A stretch of 64,000 bases of DNA from Trichoplax sp. H2 (lineage: Eukaryota): positions 558,001-622,000 of the forward strand of contig NOWV01000017.1 of the NCBI GenBank assembly GCA_003344405.1, in the 5' to 3' direction. Position numbers and translations under genes: made by a program. The notes below the pieces were generated by a model. It made no database searches, was not told where the DNA came from, and saw only the letters and a program-made list of their open reading frames with translations. Positions 1 to 12,700 of this stretch are shown in pieces (positions within the stretch are counted from its first letter, which is position 1; each line of letters opens with the position of its first letter).

Positions 1-240
1 CTCCGTTATCAATATGCTGTGGTATTTACTCCACTACGAATGTGTCCATAAAAATACTACCCTTTTATCTAATAGATTAGTATTACGTGTATTCAAAGGT
101 TGATAATTTAATATAAGAGGATGAATAGTTAAATTAAGCGATGCAACAATCCACTGCTAATTTAATTTAATTACCTAACAAGATTTATTAATTTTGTATT
201 CAAGGACGTAATACAACCTTTTATTGTTAGTTAACGGCTT

Positions 241-467
241 GCTTTAAAATAAGTAAAATGTATGATACTATCCGTCAAAGTATGATATATCCATTTCCTT
301 AGGTGAAATATAGATAGCATCGGATATCATTCAGTCTCATAACTTCAGTTAGCTTTAAAATAAATAAAATGTATGATGTTATTATACCTTAAAGTATGAT
401 ATATCTGTTTCATACAAATTATAAATAGGATAGAATATCAATTTAGTCGCATAGCTACAATTAGCTT
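241..467. repeat. Two-copy degenerate tandem duplication, unit ~111 bp
   Basis: GCTTTAAAATAA(G/A)TAAAATGTATGAT...AAAGTATGATATATC...ATATCA...AGTC(T/G)CATA...TTAGCTT starts at both 241 and 352. Confidence 0.8.
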
Positions 468-2508
468 ACTACGCGCAATGTAAAGGATAATATGAATCGA
501 TTTATATTATGTAGATGTAAACCGTTCAACAGCATGCTTGCCATTGTGATCTTCAATGCTATAGTTAGTGATGTGAATGCCAGCAAAGATTAAATTTAAA
601 ACTTTATTAATTATAACTTATTCTATTCATGATCCAATTATACTATAGCTGAACCTGAATCCATTATCTAAATCAAGGAAGTAGCAAAGTTGGTATGGTG
701 ACAATATATTGCACACCTAAAGATAGCAACGTTGTAGCTAGTATGTCTTAATTGCGCGTAGTAATGTAGTATTCATATACTGAAATATAAGTACGCGAAG
801 GTATCATGAGGTAGGTGTTTGACTATTAATATCATAGGAAGCTACATATGAGCATGTACGCTAAATTTATTTTAATTTTGCCTTTCGAACGGACTATTTA
901 TCATTTTTTATAGTTAAAACTACCATTCAATTTACTGCTGATATTACAATGTTAAACAAATCCTTATTAATATTTCATATTTGATTATGAAAATAGATGC
1001 TTCAGTTTAAATGCTTAGGTAAATATTGAATAAGTAACCAACTGACTTCTACTGTATTTTATGCAGCACCACTTTAACAAATTTTATTCACAGCTGCTTG
1101 TATACTTTACAATGTATTATGCATTTCTTCAGCGAATAGAATGAGGAAATAACCTATTAAAAGCAATATTTGTCACGATGACAATTTTGTATTTAGATTG
1201 GTCGATCATCGATTTTTGTTATACCAGTATGTTTAATCCGATTAAATGTAATCATGAAGTGAAGAAAAAAGAAATAAATAAATTTGACGCAATGCCTTAT
1301 GAATCAAGGATGGGATCAATAGTATGAACATTGCTAACTGTTTAATTAGCTAGCAATATTCCTCTTCAATACCATGATATTTATGATCGCTATTAATCTA
1401 TATCTCTATATCTCTATATTCGTATTGTAGCTATATCATTAACACCCTACAATTGAATGGATCACATTTTATTGCTAATTAATCAATACTAAGGGTAATT
1501 CTATAGTTATCCCATGGAATGGTTGCCTCAAGCAATGATTGCACAATCTAATTAAAGTTCAGTTAATTTTGTTTCTGAACTACACCGATATAGTATACTC
1601 GTATAAGCGACCGGAAATATGTCCAATCAGCTATTTTACAAAATGACTCCAATTTGGCTCATTTCTATTCTCGTAATGGTAAAGCACTGCTCATTTCTAT
1701 TAGGTTATGGCCCGTAAATTTATGAAATGGACGTGGAGTTTAGAATATGAAACTAAAATCGCTATACCGATTTGCTTTGCCATGACCATGAAACAATGTT
1801 GATGGTAGTATCTAGGCAACGGGTATTGCAGCTCAGCCCACGTTGGTTTTCAGTTGGCCTTCCTAGTGAATTGTAGGAAAACTATTGATTGCTTCGTATG
1901 AACAATACTCCAGTACTATACCGTTGATAGTGTTAGAGTATCCACTGTTGTAGACGTCAACTATGTAGTAGAATGCTTGCATGGCAACGCCATGCAAGAG
2001 AAGTGTATAATACGCCTGCTACTGGATATTTCAGCCGTGATTTGTGGTTTTGTATAGTAGTATAAGATAGACACAGTTATCAGTGCGTAGAATAATATTA
2101 CTGGATTTATTGTTGAGTGATAGAAACGCTTTACCTATTCGTACGCTATGGGCTACTAACAAATATACAGATTAACGTATGATGTAGTAGTCCATGCCTA
2201 TGCTTAGCCGTTGTATCGCAGCGGCAGGTATAGTCATGATGAAGAGGATTCATCACTAAATGTGTATTGAAAGTTGCTAGCAAAAGCGATGTCACTCTTA
2301 CCACATATCGTCGCCAAGGATTTGTATGTATAGTACTGTACCAGTAGTCCTTGCCGTCACTGTGGCTGGACTTGGACGTTTACAGTGCAATATATCGTCT
2401 GCAGTATAATATATATATAACATTAGCAGGGATCTCTGAGACAAGTATTTGTCTCAGAAGTCCATAGACATTATCATAAAGGGAAAAGGAAGACATTAAT
2501 GATATTCA

Positions 2509-2630
2509 TGTACTGTACTGTATACACGAGTTAGTCATTGCCAACACTCGGAACAATACAGTACAAGTAGAGACTGTAGTACTGTACACTGTACACTGTA
2601 CAGTATGATGGTTAATACTGTACACTACGG
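2509..2630. repeat. ACTGT/ACAGT pentamer-rich array upstream of the PDE gene
   Basis: tgtactgtactgt...actgtagtactgtacactgtacactgtacagta; same motif family as 34.1-35.9 kb. Confidence 0.7.
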
Positions 2631-3572
2631 TATACCACTCTCTCCTTGTAGGCCATAGGCCTGTACTGAGCTAATGCCGTCCTTCCTGACTCGTGACGTC
2701 TACGGTACACTACATGACGGTGGCGATCGTAACCATGGACATTCACATGACAGTCGTCGATGGTTGTGAGCAAACATCGCCCACGCTGACTAGCACGTCT
2801 TTTAACATACCGTCGCGGGTCTTTACTCAGCCGCAGTCGTACTCTCTACCGACCCAAAGCACTGCCTTAGTGCAATACTGTATCATTGTATTAACGTAAT
2901 GTTATTGAAGTTAGCGATGGTCAATAAGACCAAGTGTCAAGTGTGACAGTCCATTTCATATCGATCGCATCGCCACGGTCACAACTATGCATTGACGCTA
3001 GGAGCGGTTGTCGCAACATAGCGGTGTCACTCTAGTCAGAGGTTGAAAAGGGAAAGTAGAAAAAAAAATTGCGCCAGCAACCTTCTCCTACACACACAGC
3101 AAGAGAAAAAGGCTCTGCCGAAAATAAATAATAAAGAATACAGTTGGAGCAAGAGAGAAGATCTAGGATAGAGAAAGAGAAAGATAGAAAAAGTAACTGT
3201 GACTTCATTCCAACTTTATTCGGTACGTTATGCCTTTTTTTTAGGGGGCAAATTATTCTAGTACTGTCCATTGGATCATATCCATTGATTGTTTAACTGT
3301 ATTGTGTCGATTCTACCCTGTTGGACCTTACACTGTAACTGCAGTCAGTATTAAAGTAGAAATCAACTACTGTAACTTTAATGACAGGGTCAAAGTGTGT
3401 CAAAAATCGACCATTTTAATGGATGAAGAAGAGAATTAAAACACACTTTTTTGGGGGGGGGGGGAAAACTGTTCTACCTACTGTTATAAATATGGATTAC
3501 TATTTACAGTGTAATAAATTATTCCATGTCAGTGAGTAGTAAAGGAGTCAATTTGATGTTGTTGATTTTTAT

Positions 3573-3580
3573 TGACGTCA
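3573..3580. promoter_or_regulatory. Perfect palindromic CRE (TGACGTCA) ~120 bp upstream of the PDE ATG
   Basis: Exact TGACGTCA; half sites (TGACG) near 2694 and 2993. Function not shown. Confidence 0.35.
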
Positions 3581-3702
3581 AAAGACTTGTCACCTATTGA
3601 TATCTTCTGACTTCAAGATTGCCATTGCATTTTATTAGTCTGTAGTGTGTGTGAAATATCCCCTTTGAAAATTGGCTTCAATTTTCCTCATTCAAAGGGA
3701 AG

Positions 3703-6700
3703 ATGTCGTCGCCATCGAGACAAGTTAGTAATCGAAGATTACCGCCATTGCCAATGGGTCCGAAATTAGTGCCATTATCCTATAACTCAAATTCAAGCAA
3801 TGGTCGACAAACAACCAATACCGTGAGTACTGGCAATTCAACTGCAGTAACGACATCACCTACATCGGTCATCAATAATGTCACTGGCAATGGCAGTAGT
3901 ACGTTAACTACTGAATTACGTACTGCTGTGGTTGGTAAAAGTTATGAAAAATATCATAATGGTGTTGTCAATAAGAGCAGTACAAGTCCTTCATATTATC
4001 ACTATCATCCAAATGATCCTGGAATTACAACAGCGACAACAACCAATAATAGCAGTAACTTGTTAACTGCGACGGGTAAGTTTGCCTCATGTAGGATAAT
4101 CATTATTGCACCAAGACATATCCCATCTGCATATCAAGTAGAAATGACGGTCATAAAGACGATCATCACTGCACACTAATGTCTGTTATGATAGATTTGT
4201 AGTACATTACAGTTAGCAACTTTGTCAACACGATCAAATATAGCTAAAACAGTTTTGTTATTCAATATGCCATGACTATACAATTTAAAAAATAACACAA
4301 AATCGTCGAATCTAACACTCCTATATAAAAAGTGGAATAGTGCAGAAAGTAGAAAAACGAAAAAAACTACTCATTGAATCTACTACGCTAATTAACTCAA
4401 TCAATATACGTATTGACAAAATGTGCCAATACATGTTTTTTATTAGTCGAGCTGATTTTCAACATCAATGACTGCATTTTGGCAAACTTTGCTTACATAG
4501 GCATCTTTTGAATAAATTTTCAAGTATTCTTTTGACCGATGATAACTTCATTATCGTCAATTTGAATCTTGCTTTTCATCTTAGTCAGTCCTATGTTTAA
4601 CTATGGATCAAAATGCTTTATGTTGACACTAATGTATGATTAATTGCTACTCTATGTTGAAGAAAAGTTTTATCATTGCTCGATTTTTATTTCATTCCAT
4701 TTTTATTTTTTTCTCTTCTCTTCCTCCCCCTCTCTCTCACCAACTCTGTCTCTCTTCCCTCGCCCACAATATCTTAGCCATGAGGATGATAATAATGACT
4801 TTTACTGTATTAAATTAAGCGTATTATACAAGTAAAAAATAAATTAATAAGTAGATTTAGCAATTACTCTATTCGATCTACGAAAAAAGTTTAGTGCAAG
4901 TTATCACCAACTCAAAGGAAAGGCAATTCCAAAAAAATGACTATGATTGCAAATACCTGCATTTAATTATATTAATCATTGGCTTATTTTATATTTTTGT
5001 TGACCATTTCTTATGTACTCTCAGACGTATAGAATAATATAATATATTCTATGTTATTACATATTCTACAAAATTGATCATTTGATTCTTTTCCCAATCG
5101 ATCGATCATAAAGGATGATACCATCTATCGATTTCATGCAGACGGTTTTTTTTATTCCCGACATTCGCCGACACATCTCACGGGACTATTGTACTTACAG
5201 TATACGTACACCACTGTAATATTAAAGCTAATAACTATGTGTGAGCGTGAAGAATGAGCACCGGCAATGTCTGCCTGGTATTGTTTCTTATATCTTCTTG
5301 CGCTTTGTTGATTACCGACATACTCGTACTTCCTGCTACTGTGTAGTGTGTACCCAACTGAGTAGTTTATCGTTTAACTTTTGAATACTAATCACCGGTG
5401 AAAAAAAAAAATCTCGACTTAATCAGTCAAATTGAGGTTTTATTTCTACTAGAAGAATTTATCATGTTACTGGCTATAACTCAATTGATGACTGATAATA
5501 AGGCTGGATTCAATTGATCTTAGCACAAATAAGTTTATCATACTACAGTATATGCTAAATAAACAACAAGAGGTGGCAGACACACGGTGTAGTAAAATTT
5601 TTAGCAAGTACAGTAATATGGTCCCCATCGTCATCACCTCATGATGTGATATACTTTCTAGATTGCTGTTTTTTGATACCTTTCGAAATCGCTATCGTCC
5701 TGTCTTTACTTCCTCGTATAAAAATCGTAAAAAACTACCGGTATTATTCCTTTTCTTGATTTTATGCTTTTGGATTATTAAACATAATCACGTTATTATT
5801 TATCATCATCTCCCGGAGTTAGAATGAATTACTGTTTGTGCAAACTTACGATGGCTATAGCTGAATTAACAACAAAAAAAAGAATTAGATTATTAAGTAG
5901 ATCGTCATATAGTAATACAATTAATTAAGAATCGGTTTATCACTCGTTCTATCGGAGAATGCCCTTTCAACCTGACTTTCGAATGACTAAACCAACACTT
6001 TATCATAGTACTGAGTTGGTTATTCAAGCTTGTCTCAAATAACTAACGTTCGATCTGATATCATTGCAATACAGCTAATTTAATGTAGCCACATAAAAAG
6101 ACAAGTTTTCAACCTAAGCTTAATCGTAATGATTTATCCGACAACACAGAATATGCCAATAAATATTGCATTTAGGCTAAATGCAGAAAATGCCTTCACA
6201 TAATTTTGCAATCAATTCTATACATTTCTGAAATTTTTAACCTTTACTTGCATTGTCTTTTTCATTAGATGAAATATTTTCATTTCTTGACAATAAGTTT
6301 TGTATCTAATAACGGCATGATAATTTATACTAGTGTGATGAGGATGATCGTTAACGGAGAGATTGGGAATACATTAAGGGAGCAAATTCACGGTAATAAT
6401 ATCGATACACGATATCGTGATCCGTTATACTATTTCGAACTGATGATGTCCTAGTTACCATAGTTAACAGTCTAAACGAATTTACAATTTGCATAAGCCA
6501 AGGATATCCTCTCTTAATAATGCAGTAATAATTGTTTAACAATAATGTGCCGTATTTAATAGTATTAAAGTTAAAAATCTAAAATTCACCAAACCACGTT
6601 ATATCTACAGCATAAACCTCATGTAAACTGCATCACAAAATTGCTGTGGTAGGTAGTTTTTCTATCGATGTACAGTATACAATTATTTAACAAATGTTGT

Positions 6701-9700
6701 TTTAAGTCTTGGTATCCTATTGTAATCACAATGGATCCATTGATAGGGAAAGGTAGAAGTGGATTTTTTAACCCTTGACTTTATATGACTAACACCTTTT
6801 TCTCCATCGATTGAAATGATGGGATATTGTCCATTGATTTAGAATGATTGTCTCTTTCCATATTCCAATACCAAGGTTTTCTTTATAAAATTGATATTGT
6901 CATATATTATAGATCTTATTATTATGCCTACGATTGTCATCGTGATGATGGAAAATGTTGAAACTTTATCAATACCTTCAATTTTGCATTCTTCCCACTC
7001 CTATGATGTAGAAATTATGTGTAGATCGTAAATGATGTCGCAATTATGTTGACGGCACAACACTATATTTAAGCACTGTACATTAGCGCAATAGTATCTT
7101 TCATTTTACCACTATCTACCTTTTCTCCGCTTCTTTTTTCACTAAATATTGCTATCGATTACCTTGATCAATCTTTTTCAAGTTTACATGTACCAATTAT
7201 AGTTGTTGATCATTGTAAAATAAGTAATCTCAATTTATTTACTTCTTTTGGTGTCAGTATTAATGTACTTATCTTCCTTATACAGTATTACAGTACTATA
7301 GAACTCTATTCAATTTCAGTTTCATTTTTTATTTTTTTAACCCTCTTTTGTTATGCCTACCACTATACAACTTGGGTCCTTATTGATTTTATATCTATCG
7401 CGTAGATTGTCAAAATACGGTCAAAAAATCATTCACGACAGTATTCTATCTTTGATTATCTATCTATTATTATGTTTTTGTCATCATCATCATAACTATA
7501 TCTTTTCTTTTTATTTTCATCTGGTCGCTCGATCATTTCAAATTTTATCTTCTTTCTCTCCCCCCCCCCTTCCCAAGTAATAGTAATCATACAGTCCCTT
7601 CTCCCTTCATTATAAATAATACTAAAATTTTTCAACGGAACACGATTATAAAAAGTCCCCTTTCTTATGGAAGTAATATTGAAAATTGTGATTTAATGTA
7701 AGAGGCGGAGTTGTTTAGAATAGTTATGATGTAAATTACTGTGTATCAGATATAAAAGCAAATTTTAAAATAGCAATGATACATTTATTCAACGTTCTAT
7801 TTATGTTTTATACCACTCGCTTGACCTGAATATCAATATTGGATATAAATTAACGTTTCTAGACAACGTATTTTTGTGAGTTCAAATTGATCAACAATTT
7901 TAACCTATATTTACTTAGTAATAGCCTATCATGATTTGATAATTAATGACTAAAATCTTGTTCATCATCCTTGTAAATTGTAGCTGACCCTGAAAATAAT
8001 GTAACGCTATGATAGCCGAGAAATTTTAATACAGATTATTGGAATAACTAGTTATTGTATTGTAACTATTCCTTAAAAAAATTATAGATTAAATTTCACA
8101 CTTGTGAATCTTTTATAAAGATATTAACCTGGCGTTGCATAGTCCAATTTAAGCCCCAAGGCTGACTAATTAGAAGCATTAAATCATATACGTAGCAAGT
8201 TGTCGTCGGTAATGATTCAACTAATCATTAAAATCTGGAAGACAAGTAATACATTAGATGAATTATAGCAGATTTGTCTCACACACTTTGTGATTTCTAA
8301 CTCAACTGTAACTGAGTATACCCGGTATTACATGAACCATTACTCCGATACTTTATACAGTATTTTACACGTTTAAGTAAAGTGTGTGTACAGTACATAT
8401 CAACCTTTAATTATTAGTTTGATAGGTAATACCCCGCAAAGTTAATCTCTCTATAATTTTGTATGTGTTCGAAAACCTAGTCGTAAAATGGGTTGGGTAT
8501 AGAGAGATACGCGTAGTAAAAAAGTGAGAGAACGAGCGTAAATGAAGATTGTTTTTCAATTATTTAAATAATAAACTAATTATTTATTAGGATAAGATTT
8601 CATACTCTCCTAATCTTATACTTATTTTGTTTTTCTCCTTTATTTTATCCCTTTTCATCCTGACATATTTAATATGACAACATTGGTTTATCGTTCGTTA
8701 ACGGAATTTGCAATGCAATCAATAACTTTTACGGTTAACGACGCTGTTTCATGGTCAACACATGAATAAATATTTCATTATAATTTTATCAACATGGTGA
8801 AACCATCATTTGAATCTCTGAAAATGTGGATATTCGCGTCACTTGCACTATTATTTATTATCGTGTTTCATGATAACCGTAACAGAAGTGGATAGTGAAG
8901 GTGTTGCACAATATCTTAAAATGAATCCAGACGTATTAGATGACTTCGTGGCAACTAATATTAGTCAAGGTCAATTGGAAAAGTGGCTAATGACTAAAAC
9001 ACGACGGCAACGTGCCATGAGTGATACGGAGTCAATTGCAAGTGATGGTGGTAAGTTCAAACTAAATTCTTCTATTTTAGTTAGTAATGCAATAAGATTT
9101 TTGTTAGTAAATTAATTCGATAGAGAAAAAGTGATAGCTACTATACGCGAATAGTGAAAAACAATTTATCAATGTGCGTTCACATAATTTGCGAAATAAT
9201 AGATTTTATTTTCTATGAAGGCAGGTGTAAGACATTTTTAGCAATAGATATTGTGCTTGTTTTAATGAATAATCATACAATATGATAACTACAATTATGC
9301 CTGTTAGATAGTATTTAATCAATAATAGAATAGTAATAATTATTATAATCTACTATCTAGATTGATAAATTAATAGAATAAAATTTGCGTTATAATGCGA
9401 TACTTTTTCAACCAATTCCGTGATCATAGTAGATGGTGTATTATTATTCTTAGACAATATGCTTTGTCATTACAGCAGTCACCTCGGCTTATAATTTATA
9501 AAAAAGTTATCATTAAATGAACTTTTATGTACGAGCATAGTTATGCTTGTATGCATTATCACAACAAATTGACTTTACTCATATCAATATATTATTATAG
9601 GCCGAAATACTGTAATTGGATCGAAATGGAAGGTGAGAAATATGTGTTGTGCAATATAATTTCAAGTTTGAAAGTATCTCATAAAGTATCACAAATAGAC

Positions 9701-12700
9701 ATCCGAGTAATTTTTTGAATGGTTTTAATTCTGAATCATATAGTTCTATCATCATTTTATACCAAGTTAACACATCACTATCATATAAAGCTATAAATAG
9801 AACAAAAGTTTTCCCTATTAATTATGCAGTTGTTCACTGCAATATCATTAATACAGACACTAATAACGAATATCTTTCATATCTTGGAACAGAAAGTCGT
9901 TTGATTGATTTAATTTCTAGTGTTATTAGCATTTAATTTATTACTATTTTAATTTTTTTGTTTGAATCATAACGATTATTTAAAATTCTTTTCTAGTTCT
10001 CTAATCATTCAGATAAACGCAAGCTACTCCAAGAGTGGATGTTGGAAATCAACAATAAACCTAATCAGACTTTAATACTTAGCGAGCTGATCAATTGTTT
10101 ATCTTCAGGTAAAATTATATCATAGTTATGAGTCTTGTATATATAAATGCAGTATACTGCTACATCTTTATCTAAATATACTATATATATATCTAGATGT
10201 TATACGTTATTTTATTTGCATGAAAAGAATTTAAAATTCTATAAACCTTATTCTTTTAGCATAGTTCATTAAAGTTTTCTAGTTGTATTAAATGCCAATA
10301 AAGGGGATAAAGTTAAAACTACATTCCTTTAATAATTACTACTAACTCTTGTCTTCATATTGAAAATTGTAGTCCATGTAATGGAATGTAATCATGAAAT
10401 AATTAAAATATCACTACGTTAAAATCTCGTTCCCTAGATTTTTTTAATCCTGAAACTATTTTGATTTTTATTAATTCTTGTTTACCTAGCTGCTTTTATT
10501 TAATTGGTAATAATATACTCTCTAAATGCATTTCTTCGGATTTTATTTTTTCTGTATACAAAAATTAATGTTATCGGACTTACAATCATTGGTGTAACTC
10601 CAGTAATCCAGGTTGACGGCAAATTGCTATATGTAATCGATACCTCAACTGAAGTAAGTATAGAATAAAATATAAAAATTACGATATCAGAAATAATTCA
10701 ATATGTATGCATGTTCAGTAGCTATCAATTGTTTATACTTAAGCATAGTTAAATTTGTAGTAATAATAACTTCTTCGATAAATTCGTAAACAATTGCTTC
10801 TACTGCCTACTTAATTTTATTTCATGAAATGTTTTCTGTCACACAGAATATTTTTATTCTAACTATTGCTTTTAAAATTTGGCAATAGGAAATGTATCTA
10901 TTCGCAAAGCACGATCCTAGGTCTGTTGCAATGACAGTATACATATAGCTGATATCAATGATATTATTGCGCGAATTGCGAAAACTATAATCTGCACAGT
11001 ACATTCTGAATAATAAGACTAATATTCATTTTAAATAATTAGGCTAGGAACATTGCCAATTAGTACCTGATTGCTATATTCATTTTGTATTGTATTTATT
11101 TCCACTATCCATAGCTGTATCACATCGGGACGTCAAGCTATCGGAATGGGAACAACAATACCTGCATATGTTGCAACTTGCAAAGAAAGCATCAGATTAG
11201 ATGATATTTTAATTGTGGTAATGATTTATTAATTTCAAGTGACAATAGATAAAAAGCAGCCAAAACACTTTCGTATTATCGTGAAAGTTTTTTTAAGTTT
11301 TTTTAATTTTTAATAAGAAAACTTGTAATTATTTAATATAGGACGAACGTTTCCCGGATGGTATTGGTATTGAAGGTAATGGGGTTCTTTCTTTTTAGTT
11401 ACTATCATTATTTTCGGAAGAAATTGTCATAAAGCTTTAAACAAATTAGATAGAATGTGAATTGGTTCTTTATTAATTTTCCGGTAGAAAATACAGCACA
11501 ATCGATTATTTGTCAACCTGTCATAAAGTCCAATGGAGAAATTATTGGTATTAGCAATAAAAAATATCGAATATTATGATTTTTTCTGCTTTTAACAAAT
11601 TTCATTATTTAACCAGTTATGCAATATTTATGCTTCTAATTAAGGCATAGGTGTTTGTCACTTATTTAGGTATTAAAGTCATATTATATATTCTGTTTAC
11701 AGCTGTAATCCTTGTTTATCGAACAGTTAATAATTCACAGTTCAATAAAGAAGATGAAGAGGTAAGAAAATAATTACTGAACTCTGATAGATTATTAAAA
11801 TTAAGAGCTCATTACTGTTTGTTCAGCGCTTAAGTAATTTTAGCATAGAAGTGACAAAATTATTAAACATCGACCAATATATTTATGTTGATTTAACTAA
11901 TGATACTTATAATTTAGACGATAAGTTCTTTCCTATTATGGGCTGGAGCTGCTCTTTATTATGCGGGGGTAAATTAATATGCACGTATTTGATCAATATT
12001 ATCAGGGTTCATAATTATATTACGGTCATTGAGATCATTATTTTATCCAACTACTTCTAGATGTACCACAGTATGGAAAAAGAACGCAAATTGAATGAAT
12101 TCTTATTGACAATGACAAAGTAATCACTGATTGATCACACACGTAAAAATAAAAATTTTATCACATGCGATTTTCTATGGCGCGCTCAAGTATTATTATT
12201 TAATTAATTAAAATTGTTTGATAGTTATTCAGTATTGTGTTTTGGTTATAGTATCGTCTTAGTTAATATATTCCTGGTGATATTATGGTAAGATAATAAT
12301 TTCTCTTCCAGATCAATTTTTCAAGATATTGTTAGTATGGATACTGTTATCACAAAAATTATGGTAAGTATATAAATTAATAGTATGGTTAATATAACTT
12401 ATAATTATCGGATGAGCGAGCTAAAAAATTGTTTCTTAATCTCTTTTCTTGACTGCCCTACCTTTCTATCAAATAACTAAGATTACTCTAATACACTTTT
12501 AAATCTCCTTAGAATTACGCTCAGAAGCTAGTGGATGCAGATAGAGCTTCGCTATTTCTCGTTGATAATAAAAGTAACGAATTGTATGCTAGGATTTTCG
12601 ACGTAGGAAATAACGATAATGATGATAAAGTTGATAAAAATATCAAAGAGATAAGGTTAGCTAAAATTCAAAGGAAAGATATTTCTACAATTACATCAAC

